A stretch of 64,000 nucleotides of DNA, taken from assembly GCF_030028105.1 (NCBI RefSeq), contig NC_092393.1, positions 59,275,121 through 59,339,120 of the forward strand, given 5' to 3'. Numbering within the stretch: the stretch's first letter is position 1; each line of letters begins with the position of its first letter. This document shows positions 14,695 to 27,700 of this stretch, one piece after another. The position numbers and the translations under genes were made by a program. This DNA is from Mobula birostris. Taxonomy: Eukaryota. The notes under the pieces are model-generated. The model saw nothing but the letters and a program-made list of their open reading frames with translations. It was not told the DNA's origin and searched no databases.

Positions 14695-15590
14695 GGTTAG
14701 TGCTACCATTTGGGCTGCAGTTTCCTGTTGATGCCACAGAGAGAGCTTTGATTGAGTGCCAGTCTAGTTGGATTTTTCTCAACCATTCACGTCCAAAAAG
14801 TGCTGGCCCTCCACTTTCCAATACATAAAGTTCAAACTGTTGTGTTTGGCCTCCATATGTCACCTTCACTTTCAGTTTGCCTTTGGGGGGCATTTTTTTT
14901 TTTGCCTGTGTAAGTCATTAGCATCACTGCATTCTTCTCTAATGGTATCTCAGAAAACAGTCTGTTGTAGTCAGCCTCTGGAATTATGGACAAAGGTGAC
15001 CCTGCATCCAGCTCCATTTTCAGTTTTAAACTGGACACATCTATTGTGATCCAGATGACTTTGTGATCTGCTAAAGTTATACTATGCAGTTCTAGGCATG
15101 ACGCTCTTTTGAGTGCCACATACAAGTCTATCCCTTAATGCATCAGAAAGTGCATATCCAAAGTCACAGTACTGGGAAATTTTACATAGTTCTGCAATAT
15201 ATTCAGAAATGCTTTCCTCTTTTGACTGGTTCCTTTTGTAAAATCTAAATCTCAGCTATTGCTAATGGCTTAGGGCTCAAATGATTTTGTAAAATGTCTG
15301 GCTGCTGGCTTTTCAGGGGTTACTAAGTGCAATACGAGAGTGTATGTTTTTGGGCCCATTAAGCTAAGAAATGTAGGGGCTTTCTTTTACTCCATGTTAT
15401 TCACCTTCATTAGCATTATCAAATTAATCAACTTTCCCAACTGATGCCATTGCAAATAATTTCAGTACGTTTCTCACTATTACTCATGTGTCTTTTGGCT
15501 TTCTCATGCTGTTTAGCTCTTGCTGTTTCGTCCCATAACCGTCGGTGCAGTTTGTGATAAAGTTCATACTCGTCGCCAATTTGTTGTGTC
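14695..15590 (-). mobile_element. Gypsy LTR retrotransposon remnant (PBS and aspartic protease)
   Basis: Frameshifted KMELDAGSPLSII...ALFGREWL retropepsin at 14760-15070; PBS-like TGGCGACGAG on the minus strand at 15569-15578. Confidence 0.75.
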
Positions 15591-17289
15591 TGTGCACAGC
15601 TACATATCGGCGGGGGAGTGGGACTAAATGGGAGAATGGATCAGGTCATGATAAAATGGCGGAGCAGATTCAATGGGCCGAATAGCCGACTTCTGCTCCT
15701 TTGTCTCATGGTTACCAGTTGCTGTAGGGATTCCCAAGGTGTAGTGTTATTCTACCTTTCAAAGTGTGCATAAAAGACATAGAGCTCATCAAGAAGTGAA
15801 TCATCACTGCCATTTATGCTGTCAGGTTTCACCTACTAGAAAGGACTGGCATGTAAATCCTCCCACAGCTCTCATACACCTGATTATGTCTCTAACTTCA
15901 CCTCTCACAAAGTTCTGCTTCCTTTTGTTATGGTGATGCAAGTTCCATTTCAGCAGAGGAAACTATTTAAAATATAATGGAAATAGTTAGAATTTTAAAG
16001 TTGAAGGTGCTGTCTAGGGTAGTATTTAAAGCAGAAAGCAATATTGCCTAAAAGTACTGTTCCCTTTCTTCTGCATATGTGCACACACACATGGACATGC
16101 CTCCCGAGTAGTTTTAAACGTTGGAAGCACATAAGGTCATGCCATTTACACTCTTCCTTGTTCAAAGTACCTATACTACCCATATCCATATTCATTCATT
16201 ATGTATGACGTGGGCGATCATGGCCTTGACCATGATTGTTCTTGGCAAATTTTTCTACAGAATTGGTTTGCCCTTCTGGGCACTGTCTTTACAAGATGGG
16301 TGACCCTGGCCATTATCAATGCTCTTCAGAGATGGTCTGCCTGGTGACAGTAATCACATAACCAGGAATTGTGTTATGCACCAGCTGCTCACATGACTCT
16401 GATTGGGGGGCTAAGCAGGTACTACACCTTGCCCAACGGTGACCTACAGGTTAGTGGAGGAAATGAGCAACTTGCACCTCCTTTGGTAGAGACCTATCTC
16501 CACTCCACCACCCCACCATATCCATATACTACCTTGAGATTCCTGCAAGAAAATGAACCTCAGTGTAACTTATACGTACTTTGATAATAAATTTACTTTG
16601 AACTTTGTAGTAATGAACCTCTGTTGTCGACTGAACCCAACAAATTTAAATTTGTCCTTTGATGCTAAAACTCCAGAAACTCTTTAAATATTCTGTTTTC
16701 CATTTTCATGGAGGTACTTCTTACTTACCATCTCTAGATTAAAAATATTCAAATACTTTAATCTCTAGAGTTCCCTCCAATCACCTTTTGGATTATTTAG
16801 TTTTGGTGCCTTCTCATGTTAGGAATTGGTATTACATCAGTTCAAATCCATCTGTTTTGTGTATCGAAATAGAAATAAGGCTCCAGTAATCTGGCACCAT
16901 TGGGGCTTTGGTCGTGCCGTGTTTCCAGACTATTGGATGTTAACAGAACACAGTTGCGACTGTTGCTTACATGTTGTGAACTTGTATAATAAATTTTCCA
17001 GTGGACTATCTGGATTTCTGAACAATCAGGCTGGATTATTCAAGTTTTTACTACTAGAGTTTGGCCAATAAATAGCAGTAGAGGTGCCCGATAATGGGAA
17101 TGCCTAACGCTCTGTATTTTAACAGTATACTCGGTAGATCTCCCAGGAATATCAAATTAACACTTTTACCACTAATATGAAATAAACCATTACTTGGGAA
17201 CAGCATGTGGCCATTCTACCTTCTTGAACATATTTTTTCATTTGGTGGCTCATATGGAACCCAATTACAGAGAGTCAGTGTTAAGTTTT

Positions 17290-17920
17290 CCAGTTTGGGA
17301 TGTAATCCTGAGACTGTAAAAGGCACTGATGATGTCTCACTTAGAGTGTTATGAGCAGTTTTGGGTTTCTTGTTTAAGAATGGATGTGTTGACAGTGGAG
17401 AATGTTCAAAGGAGGTTCAAGACAATGATTCCAGGAATGAAAAGGTTATCATATGAGCAACCATTGAAGAGGGCTTTGAGCCTGTACTGGCCGGACGTTA
17501 GAAGAATAATGATGGATCTCATTGAAATAATGGTGGATCTAATCTCTATCGAATGTTGAAAGGCCTTGATAGGGTAGATGTGAAGAGGATGTTTCCTTTG
17601 TTGGGGAAATCCAGGACCAGAAGGCACAGTCTCAAAATAGAGGGACATCCATTTAGTGCAGAGATGAGGAGGAATTTCTTTAGCCAGAGGGTGGTGAATC
17701 TGTGGAATTTGTTGCCAGAGGCGGCTGTGGAGGCTAGGTCACTGGGTACATTTAAGACAGAGGTTGATAGATTCTTGATTAGTAAGAGTGCTGAAGGGTT
17801 ACGGGAAGAAGACAGGACAATGGGGTTGAGAAGGAAATGGACAAGCCATGATCAAATAGTGGAGAAGACTTGATGGACTGAATGGCCTAATTCTGCTCCT
17901 ATGCCTTATGATCTTGTATC
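17290..17920 (+). mobile_element. CR1 LINE 3' fragment
   Basis: LKGLDRVDVKRMFPLLGKSRTRRHSLKI...RVVNLWN, homologous to the end of the 5390-8017 ORF2. Confidence 0.85.
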
Positions 17921-17929
17921 CTGTTTTAG

Positions 17930-18124
<195 letters not shown>

Positions 18125-21090
18125 TAAAAATATGTATTAAAGTTAATATAAAATTCATTTGTATTTGTAATTTCTGTGCCACCTCCACATCTATGAAACA
18201 TAAAACTGAACGGTACAACACAGGAACAGGCCCTTTGGCCCACAACATTATGCCGAACCAAATATATTAATAATCAAATGATTAGCTAAACTAATCCCTT
18301 ATGCCTAAACAATGTACAAACTGTAGAATAGATTACTCTGCCCAACCCTCTGCTGAAACCTCGCCAGTTCAGTCCAAAGCCATAGCTGAACTGGTCAATG
18401 TCATGGGCTTTTGTCACACCTCTTTGACAGGAGTTATCCATTCAATCTGCTTTTATCATCTCACCTTCCTGCACCATTTCCCTGCATCCATTTGATGTGC
18501 TTATAGTCCTGTCAGTCAGCTGCACTAGTTAGCTTCTGCTCAGACAATAACTAATAGAGGAGTCAAAGCTTCACGGAGGGAACTCGTTCCCTTCCGTTGA
18601 TGCTGCCTGACTTGCTGAGTTCCTCCAGTGTTTTGTGTGTGTTGTTAAAGATTTCCAGCATCTGTCAATCTATAGTGTCATCTGTCACCCTTCACTTGTG
18701 TAATCCTGAGGTCAAATTTCATAATGCTGCTGCTTTATCTCTGCTACCCTCAGTTTCCTGTCCGATGTCTTGAGCTGTTATTTTTATAAAATTCTCCTTC
18801 ATCTCATCTGCCATAGCCTTCTTTTGCCTTCCTAATGTCCTTCTTGTGTGTACACTTACACGTTTAACCCCACTACAAGCAGCCTCTCCCAATTCATGTT
18901 TGCAAATTCTGCTCTGATGCCATTGAAGATAGCCTTCTCTTCCCCACCCCCCAGTTTAGAATTTTAACTCTTTCCATTACTAAACTGGAACTAGTATAAT
19001 TATAGTCAGTGTCCCTAAAGTACTCTCCACCATCATGTCACCCACTTGCCCTGCCTAAGGGGAGTTTGACTGTAGCGCCTTTTCTAGTAGAGCCAGTTAC
19101 TGGGAGGTATTGTTTAAAATGTCCCACTGACCAACAAAACAATATAATACCATGGTGCCACAGCATGGTAGCATAACAGTTAGCGTCTTGCTATTACAGC
19201 ACCAGCCCCTGGAACTCACTGCCTGAGAGGCTGTTTAGAGGTAGAGGCACAATAGCATAACGGTTAGTGTGACACTATTATAGACCAGTGACCAGGGTTC
19301 AATTCCCACTGCCATCTGTAAGGAGTTTGTATATTCTTCCGTGACCATGTGAGTTCCCCCACCCCACAACCACATTTCAAACGTGTACGGGTTAGTAGGT
19401 TACTTGGTCACATGGGTGTAATTGGGCGGCGCAGTCTCGCTGGACCGGTAGGGCTTGTTACTATATTGTACCTCAAAGTAATATTAAATTTAAAAGAAGT
19501 CAAATGCTGTGCCTGTGCTATCAGGAAGAAGGTTACAGGAGCCTCAGGACTCGCACCACCAGGTTTAGGAACAGTTATTATCCCTAAACCATCAGACTCT
19601 TGTACCAAAGGGGATAACTTCACTCATTTTCACTTGCCCCATCACTGAACTGTTCCCACAACCTATGGAGTTGCTCTCAGGGGCACTTCATCTTGTTCTC
19701 AATATTCATTGCTTATCTATTATTATTGTTGTTTCTTGTATTTACAGTTTCTTGTCTTCTGCACACTGGCTGTTTGTCCGTTCTGTCGGTGCGGTCTTTC
19801 ATTGATTCTGTTGTGGTTATTGGATTTATTGACCATACCTGCAAGGAAATTAATCTCCGGGTTGCATATGGTGACTTTGAACTTTTCAACTCTGAAATGG
19901 GGTAGGGGAAGTATGCTTCTAAGCATTTGAATAATTTGAGGAGAAATGTTGTAATTTAATGGGGTTATGTATAAATAAGCAAAACCTGGAAAGAAGATTA
20001 GTTTTGTATTCTAATTACTTCACAAATACAGGCTTGCACTTCCTCATGGAGAAAATGACCCTAACAGCTGCTCACACTCGTATCCTGCTTCAAATTCAAA
20101 CTTACATACTTACAGGGTGTAAGTGCTATGAAAATTAGCTTTTTGCAGCAGCAACACAATGCATTATAGACATAAGCCTAACACAAATTTTACATAATTT
20201 CCCCATGAGTAAAATCAATGACAAAATATAACATCATAATGCTTGGATGATGTAGGCCTGCTTGAGTGGCACGCCATTGGTCAGAAACAGTGAAGTGGTG
20301 CATGATGAGGGAGTGGCAAAGGGGTGAAGGAGGGGTGTAATTTTTTTTAAAAACTATTAAGTTTATGATTCATTTATTAGTTATAACTGAGTTCTTTGGA
20401 TCAGTGAAGTTCCAACTTAAACTCTCCATTATTTTGTTCGCTGGTAATAATCAGAGTGCAACAAATTAGGGAACGGAAAAGTCAGCCAGGATTCCTATTC
20501 CTTATAGAGTCGTAGAGTACTTCAGCACAGAAACAGGCCCTTTGACCCATCTAGGCCATGCAGAACTGTTATTCCGCCTAATCCCATCAACCTGCACCCA
20601 GACCATTGCCCTCTTACCCCTCCCATCCATATACTTATCCAAGCATCTCTTAAATGTTGCAATCGAACCTGTATCCACCACTTCCGCAGGCAGCTTGTTC
20701 TGCACTCACACTGCTCTCTTAGTGAAGAAGTTCCCCCTCAGGTTCCCCTTAAATATTTCACCTTTCACCCTTAACCTATGACATCTAGTTCCTGTCTCAC
20801 CCAGCTCCAATGGAAAACCCTATCTATACCCTCATTATTTTGTATACCTCAGTCACTGGGTGGTGGAGTAGAGATACATCTCTACCAAAGGAGGTGTAAG
20901 GCACTCCTTCCCTCCGTAAGCCTTGGGCAAGGTGTAGCACCTAATTAGCACCCCTCCCCCCCCCCCCCCCCCCCCGCTGCCTACCCGATCAGGGTCACAT
21001 GAAACAATGAGAGCAGGTGGTGGATAGTCATCTGAGCACTTGGTGCCTATCACAAGTCCTGGTTATGTGGACGCCAGGCGGTCAATCTCT

Positions 21091-22125
21091 AAAGGAAAAA
21101 CTCTTTGCGGGCTTCCAGCTGGGTACAAGTATCAATTTTTACTGATGTTTCAATGATAGACTCTGCCATCTTCATCAGGGATGATGCCAGTCCAGTGGTA
21201 TTTATACCCATATAACCATATAACAATTACAGCACGGAAACAGGCTATCTCAGCCCTTCTAGTCCATGCCAAACACTTACTCTCACCTAGTCCCACCTAC
21301 CTGCACTTCGACCCCTGTAATTAGAGTGCAAAACTTGCCCTCTTTCCAGGTTTTGCTTATTTAAAGATAACCCCAATTGAATTACATCACTTCTCAAATT
21401 ATTCGAATGTGCAGAAGCATACTTCGAGGAGGAACCTGTTGTTGTCACCTGTCTTCCCTATATTCCTTCGGTTTCTGGATGGATCGCCAAAATCCTGAAG
21501 AAATACCAGGTTAATAGCATCCACAAACCCGCAAGGAAGCTTAAGTCACAGCTTGTATGGGTCAAAAATGGCCTGGGACTCGGGTAGGATGGCACTTACA
21601 GGATTCTCTGTGAATGCAGTGCAGCATGTATCAATCAGACAGGATGCACAGTGGAAACCCACATCATGGAGCACAGGAGTTGTACCCTTTTGGGTTACCT
21701 GGAGAAATCAGCGGTAGCAGAACATTGCATTCGCAATGGCCATAGGATTGACTTCAACAGCACAAAATTACCGTGCCATGCCAATGGCTTTTAGGATGGT
21801 CTGGTGAATGAAGCCATTGAAATACAACTAGAGGAAAGGAATTTTAACTAAGATGAAGGCCTCACTCTAAGTAAGAACTGGAATTCGATTGTAAACAAGG
21901 TGAGACAGCGGAAACCTGATTGGAGGAGGACTAACCAATCAGGAGGGACAGGCGACAGTTATAAATACCACTGGACTGGACATACCCAGATATCATCTCT
22001 GATGAAGGTGACAGATTGTGTCATCGAAACGTTTGTTAAAATCAATACCTGTACGTGGCTGGAAGCCTGAGAAGAGTTTATTCGTTATATATGCCGGGAA
22101 AGCACTAGATCCTTTTTCAATTTTT
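21091..22125 (+). mobile_element. Penelope-like element remnant (GIY-YIG end) with inverted pseudo-LTR
   Basis: Degenerate LPYIPSVSGWIAKILKK...TYRILCECSAACINQTG...SAVAEH...EAIEI from about 21430; 21095-21208 is the reverse complement of 21960-22080; splits an RTE-tailed repeat at atctct|gaagagtattgat. Confidence 0.85.
21999..22033 (+). ncRNA. Degenerate hammerhead motif in Penelope pseudo-LTR
   Basis: CTGATGA-a-ggtgaca/gattg/tgtcatc-GAAACGTT; inverted copy at about 21141-21180. Confidence 0.55.
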
Positions 22126-22948
22126 GAAGAGTATTGATAATGGTTGGGGTCACCTTCTGGACAGTGTCTTTACAAGACAGAAGGCAATGGCAGAGGGGAA
22201 GAAGCTGTTCCTAAACATTGACGTGTGTCTTCAGGGTCTTGTACCTCTTCCTGGTGGCAGTAATGAGAAGAGGGTATGTACCAGATGGTGTTGATTGTGG
22301 ATTTTTCTGTTTTGAACTCCACTTATAGTGGGATGGATCACAAGCATCCAGTCATCGCCCACCCTGAAACTCAGCCTTGCTCCCTGTTAGATAATAGTCG
22401 TTTCACATGGTACAAAATGGAGCCTTGTCCATCCCAGTGTGTATCTAAGAGTGGAATAGAGAATCCTAAAGCAGTATGGCATGGATACCCACCCTTTGGT
22501 TCAACTGTCCATGCCCACAGCGGTGCCCACTCAGCTAATTCCAATTTCCTGCGTTCAGCCCGTATCCAACACAGGTCCATGTACCTATCCAGGTGCTTAG
22601 TTATACTGTTGTACCTGCCTCGCCATGCTTCCAGCGCCAACATAGCATGCCTACAGTTGACGAACCCAAGCCGTATGTTATTCGAATGTGGGAGAAAGCC
22701 AGAGCACCTAGAGGAAACCCTCGGGGTCACAGGGAGAAGGTACAGACTCCTTACAGGCAGCAGTCAGTAATGACTGGCAGTGTAAGTTACTGAGCTAACC
22801 ACTGCACTACTGTGCTGTCCCAAATTTTGGAAGCCATTTTTAAACTTAGGGTAGAAGCTGTTGAGTAACAAGTGTTAATTAATAATAATTCTCATTGTGC
22901 CTAAAACTGCAATTAATAATTGTATGTTTTTTTTTTGGATGACAATAG

Positions 22949-23152
<204 letters not shown>

Positions 23153-23429
23153 TAAGTATAATGGCAGTCACGTCACCATGGCGCTGCGTGTGTTATATTA
23201 AGATATGCAGGAACTCCCACTGTTAGCTACAAACTGACACAACACACAATTGTCAAAGTTGAGCTGAAGTAGCAGGAATACTCTGCAAAACTGGATGAAT
23301 AGTGACCATAAATAACTAATGAATTCAGATGGTTCACTTGGGTCACTTTGTTGTAATAGTTCAGTGAACACAAATATGTAACCAGATGTTCAAAATATTA
23401 AATTTTAGAATAGTTAGAATAACCCTTAT

Positions 23430-23900
23430 CTAGGAAATGATGTGCTGAGAAATGAGAGGGTCCAAAGGAGGCTCACGAGAATGATTCCAAGAATGAAAGG
23501 GTTAACATAATGAGGAACATTTGATGGCTCTGGGCCTGTACTCATTGGAGTTTAGAAGAATGTGCAGGGATATCATTGAAACCTTTTGAATCTTGAAAGA
23601 CTTTTGACAGAGTGCACATGGAGAGGACATTTCCTGTACTGGGGGAGTCTAGGACCAAAGGGCATGGACTTCCCTTTAGAGCAGAGATGAGGTATTTCTT
23701 CAGCTAGAGAATGGGAAATCTGTGGCATTCATTGCCACAGATGGCTATGAAGGCAAAGTCACTCAGTATATTTAAAGTGAAGGTTGATAGGTTCTTGATT
23801 AGTAAAGGTGTCAAAAGATTACAGGAAGAAGGCAAGAAAGTGAGTTTGCAAGGGAAAATAAATCCAGTGTGATTGAATGGTGGGGCAGACTTGATGGGTC
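23430..23900 (+). mobile_element. CR1 LINE 3' fragment
   Basis: Degenerate match to the CR1 ORF2 C-terminus and 3' UTR. Confidence 0.8.
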
Positions 23901-24600
23901 AAGTTCATTTTGTCTGTCCTACGGAAGTGGAGCTGAATATATGATGACTGGAATTCCACTTTCTGGAATATTTCTATTTCATAATCTCTCAAATCCAGTT
24001 TATTTGCAGAGTGTGCTGTTATTAATGGTTCAAACTTGAATGCCCATTCCCTCTTTGTAGCACGTGATGATATTAAGTGCATGGAGACTGCTTCTGAAAT
24101 GTGTGATAACTGCAGGCTTTTGACAGTATGACAGTCGGCATCCTGGTGTATTCATATGAATTGGATTCATCCAGGGTGTTTTACTAAAATAGACAGACAA
24201 ATCCTAGTAAAAATAAACTCTCGACTACAGCAGGGAGATGACAGCCAGTGAGCTAGCAGACTAGTACAAAGCCTTGGTGTTATTTTCTTTCAAATCTGGT
24301 ATCACTGGAATTGCTACGGATGTACGTTGTATTTTAAATGCAAAAGGACTTCTTGTGGTGCAATTCCTTTATTTTGGTTCATTTAGTTATTGCCGTATAT
24401 TGGTCTTGTAAATTTTACTTCCTCTCATTCCTGTAGGATTGTCACGTGTGTGTTCTCCCTGTGGGGAGTAGTTGAAAAATGTTCAGGACTGGCATTGGAC
24501 AGTTGGGGACCTTGAGAACCATGTGAATCTGCATTTTATTTTCTTTAATTTTTATTTACAACTGGCGACTCAACTGCCTTACTTCTGTGTGTTTCCGCAG

Positions 24601-24723
24601 CCATGCCCGATTACGCTGTCTATGCACCTGCAACAGGTGTACATTTTGCATCTGTCAGACCTTCCTCAACTCAGACTTGCTGCAATCTGTAAAGACCAAA
24701 TTCTGCACTACAGTTCTTAACAG
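24601..24723 (+). CDS. RHOT1: Miro1 alternative Cys-rich cassette exon (41 codons)
   Basis: ccgcag|C CAT GCC...AAC AG|gttctt; HARLRCLCTCNRCTFCICQTFLNSDLLQSVKTKFCTTVLN(R), closely resembling the 41-aa insertion of mammalian Miro1 isoforms; phase 2-2, 123 nt, weak donor. Confidence 0.9.
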
Positions 24724-27700
24724 GTTCTTCCTTTTATTTACTGGCTCTCAGAAGGTCTTCTGGTTGTTTTTCTGGGGCAGGGTAATCTTCAAAAGTCAGC
24801 TTCACTCAGCATATCCACTGAAGTTTATCTACATTTTCAGGATTTTAATTTTGAAGGTTTTTTTTAAGCTTTTATTCATGGGGGGGATTTTTAAAAAAAA
24901 TTTCAAGCCCTTGACGTCAGTAATTAAAATGTACTTGGTCTTAACTAGACTTGGTACATTCCTGTCAGTCATTACTGGTAAATTCTGATGAAAATTGTCT
25001 GGCAAGTCTGAAAAGATTACCTGTGGAAGGAAGGATATTAAACATTTCAGCAAAGACAACGATTAAAAAAAAATCGCTGAACTGATTCTGCTACATTTAC
25101 AGTGCTGGATGAGCAAAAGCACAGAATGCGATGTTTGATTCCTCATGCATGTAAAATAATATTCTACTTAAATCACTTGAGGAGATGCCCTTCCCCGGAT
25201 TGTGTATCCATTTTGGGCAAAGTGAATGCACAGTCAGTGTTAAGATTTAGAAAAGAACCTTCCTACACCAAACACCATTAAGGTTTCTAGTGTCAGAGCT
25301 GTGTGAGCAGATTAAATAAGCTCAAGTGATTTACCTTGATTTACCTTGTGTGTTGTGACTTTGATTGGGGTTAACAGATCAATGTCTATTCACAATATTT
25401 TGCATGATCCACGTCTTCAGTCAAAAGTTTGTGGCTTGCTTTAAGAAGAATTTAATGTAGGCAAATTGTCATTCCTAAATGTAAGATATTAGTTATTAAT
25501 TTAAAAGAAGCTCAACAGGTATTCCCTCTTCTTGTGCAAAGGATTTCTGAGTGCTGAGCAGAATTCTCTCCATACAGCTCTGACATTACCATCCAGAACA
25601 AAGTAGCCAACTTGATTGGGACTCCATCCACCACCTTAAACGTTCAATGACTTTGCCACACAGAGTAGCTGCAGTGTTCGCTATCTAGAAAATGCTCTGC
25701 TGCTGTTCGTCAAATCGACTCCATAGACATCTCTCAAATCCATGACCACTGCCATGAAAAAGAACAGACACACAAGAGCATGACCAGCATGTTTCCCTCC
25801 AGCCTAGGCATTACACTAACTCACCACCACCTTCTCAAGGTGCAATAAACTGTGAGTGTGCCACCAGCACCCACATCGCAAGAACTAAGTATATTAAGAT
25901 AACCAGAGATAGAGGAAGCACCAATAGGGACCAAAGCAGTAATTGCTGACCTTAGATGATGCAGGTGAGGTTTTAAATGTGTTCTGTATTCACAAAGGCT
26001 AAAGATAATGTCGTCATCATCTGTATGTGCCGTGTGGTAATGACGTGGGTGATCGTGGCATCCATGACCATGATTACTCTTGACAAATTTTTCAACAGAC
26101 GTGGTTTTCTGCAGAAGAAGTGGCCGCCTTCTAGGCGATGCCTTTACAAGACGTGTCACCCCAGCCATTATCAATCTTCTTCGAGATTGTCTGCCTGGTG
26201 TCACTGGTTGCATAACCAGGACTTGTGATATGCACCAGCTGCTCATACGACCATCCACCACCTTCTCCCATGGCTTCACTTGACCCTGATTGGGAGGCTA
26301 AGCAGATGCTACACCTTGGCCAAGGGGGACCTACAGGCTAGTAGAGCGAAAGTGCGCATTACACCTCCTTTGGTAGTGACCAATTTCCACCCCGCCACCC
26401 TAACAGATAATGTAGTGAGGTTGAAAGCTGAATTCTAGAGCAAGGTACCATTTATAAGGAAGAGGTATCAGAATCAGGTGTATTATTGATTTGTTTATCA
26501 TGAAATTTGTTTTTTTGTACAGTTCAAAGATGTAAAAATTACTATAAATTACAAAATAAATAGTGCAATAAAAAGAGAATAACGAGAGTTCATGGAAAGT
26601 TCAGAAATCTAATGGCAGAGGGAATGAACCTATTTCTGAAGCACTGAGTATGGGTCTTCACACTTGTACCTCCTCCCTGCTAGTGGTAACGAGAAATGGC
26701 ATGTCCCGGATGATGAGGCTCCTTAATGGATCCCATCTTCTTGAGGTGCCACCTCTTCAATATTTCTACCGTGATGTTAGATGCCTTATCAGGATTACAG
26801 ATGCATATTACCCAGAGCCTGGTACATTAGGGACATTTGTGATACTCTTAGATGGGCACATGGAAGAAAAATGGAGAGCTATGTGGGAGGGAAGGGTTCG
26901 ATTGATCTTAGGGTAGGTTGAAAGATCAACACATTGTGGGGTTGTGTTGTGCTATAATCTTCTGTGTATTTCCATCTGTTATGGGAGGCAAGGGGGAGAT
27001 AGCTAGGGCCCATAAGTGTAGTAGGTGTCAGATAACTGAGGAAACCAAATGGATTGCCTGTGTTTAAGAAAAGCAGCAGGGATAAGCTCATCAGTCAGTA
27101 GTAGGGAAGTTCTTGGAACAAGTTCCGAAAAACAGGATAAGTCTACTCTTGGAAGGCAGGGATTAATCACAGTTGATCAACATGGCTTGGTTGGGGAGAT
27201 CCCCTATGACCAATTTGATCTGAATACTTTGAAGACATAACAGAATATATTGATGGGTAGTATAGTTGATGTTGTTTACACAGACTTCAATGAGGCCTTT
27301 AACAAGGTCCCATGTGGGAGGGAGGACCAAAAGATTAGAGCCCATGAAATCTTAGCTAGGAGCACTCCCCACTCCAGTGGGTCAGAGGGAGTGCAGTAAT
27401 TAGAACTCAAACAGCAGGTTATTAGAATTTTGCTATAGTAGAAACTTTTCTCCATACCAGTGGGCAGAGGTTTAAGATCAAGGATAGGAATCTTGGAGAA
27501 GATTTCTGGAAGAATTTTTTTCACCTGGAGTTTGGTCAGCACCTAGAACACACTGCCTGAGGAGCTGGTGAAATCAGAAACTGTATATTTAAGAAGTAAC
27601 TGGGTAAGTGCTTGAATTGTCATGGCATTTGAAGGCTGTACACCTAGGGGTGGGGGAGAAAGAACCCTGGGTATACAGCTTTAAAATGCCTTGACAATTC

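Noticed and set aside
19245-19320. tRNA-like A/B boxes in many places
   Set aside because: They are SINE heads followed by the V-domain; no complete cloverleaf, so not called as tRNA genes
23900-24600. Search for a homolog of the mammalian 32-aa Miro1 cassette exon; acceptor-like sites near 24009, 24060 and 24436
   Set aside because: Each hits a stop in the required phase and shows no similarity to the recalled peptide; 24437 onward could at most be a poison exon, unsupported
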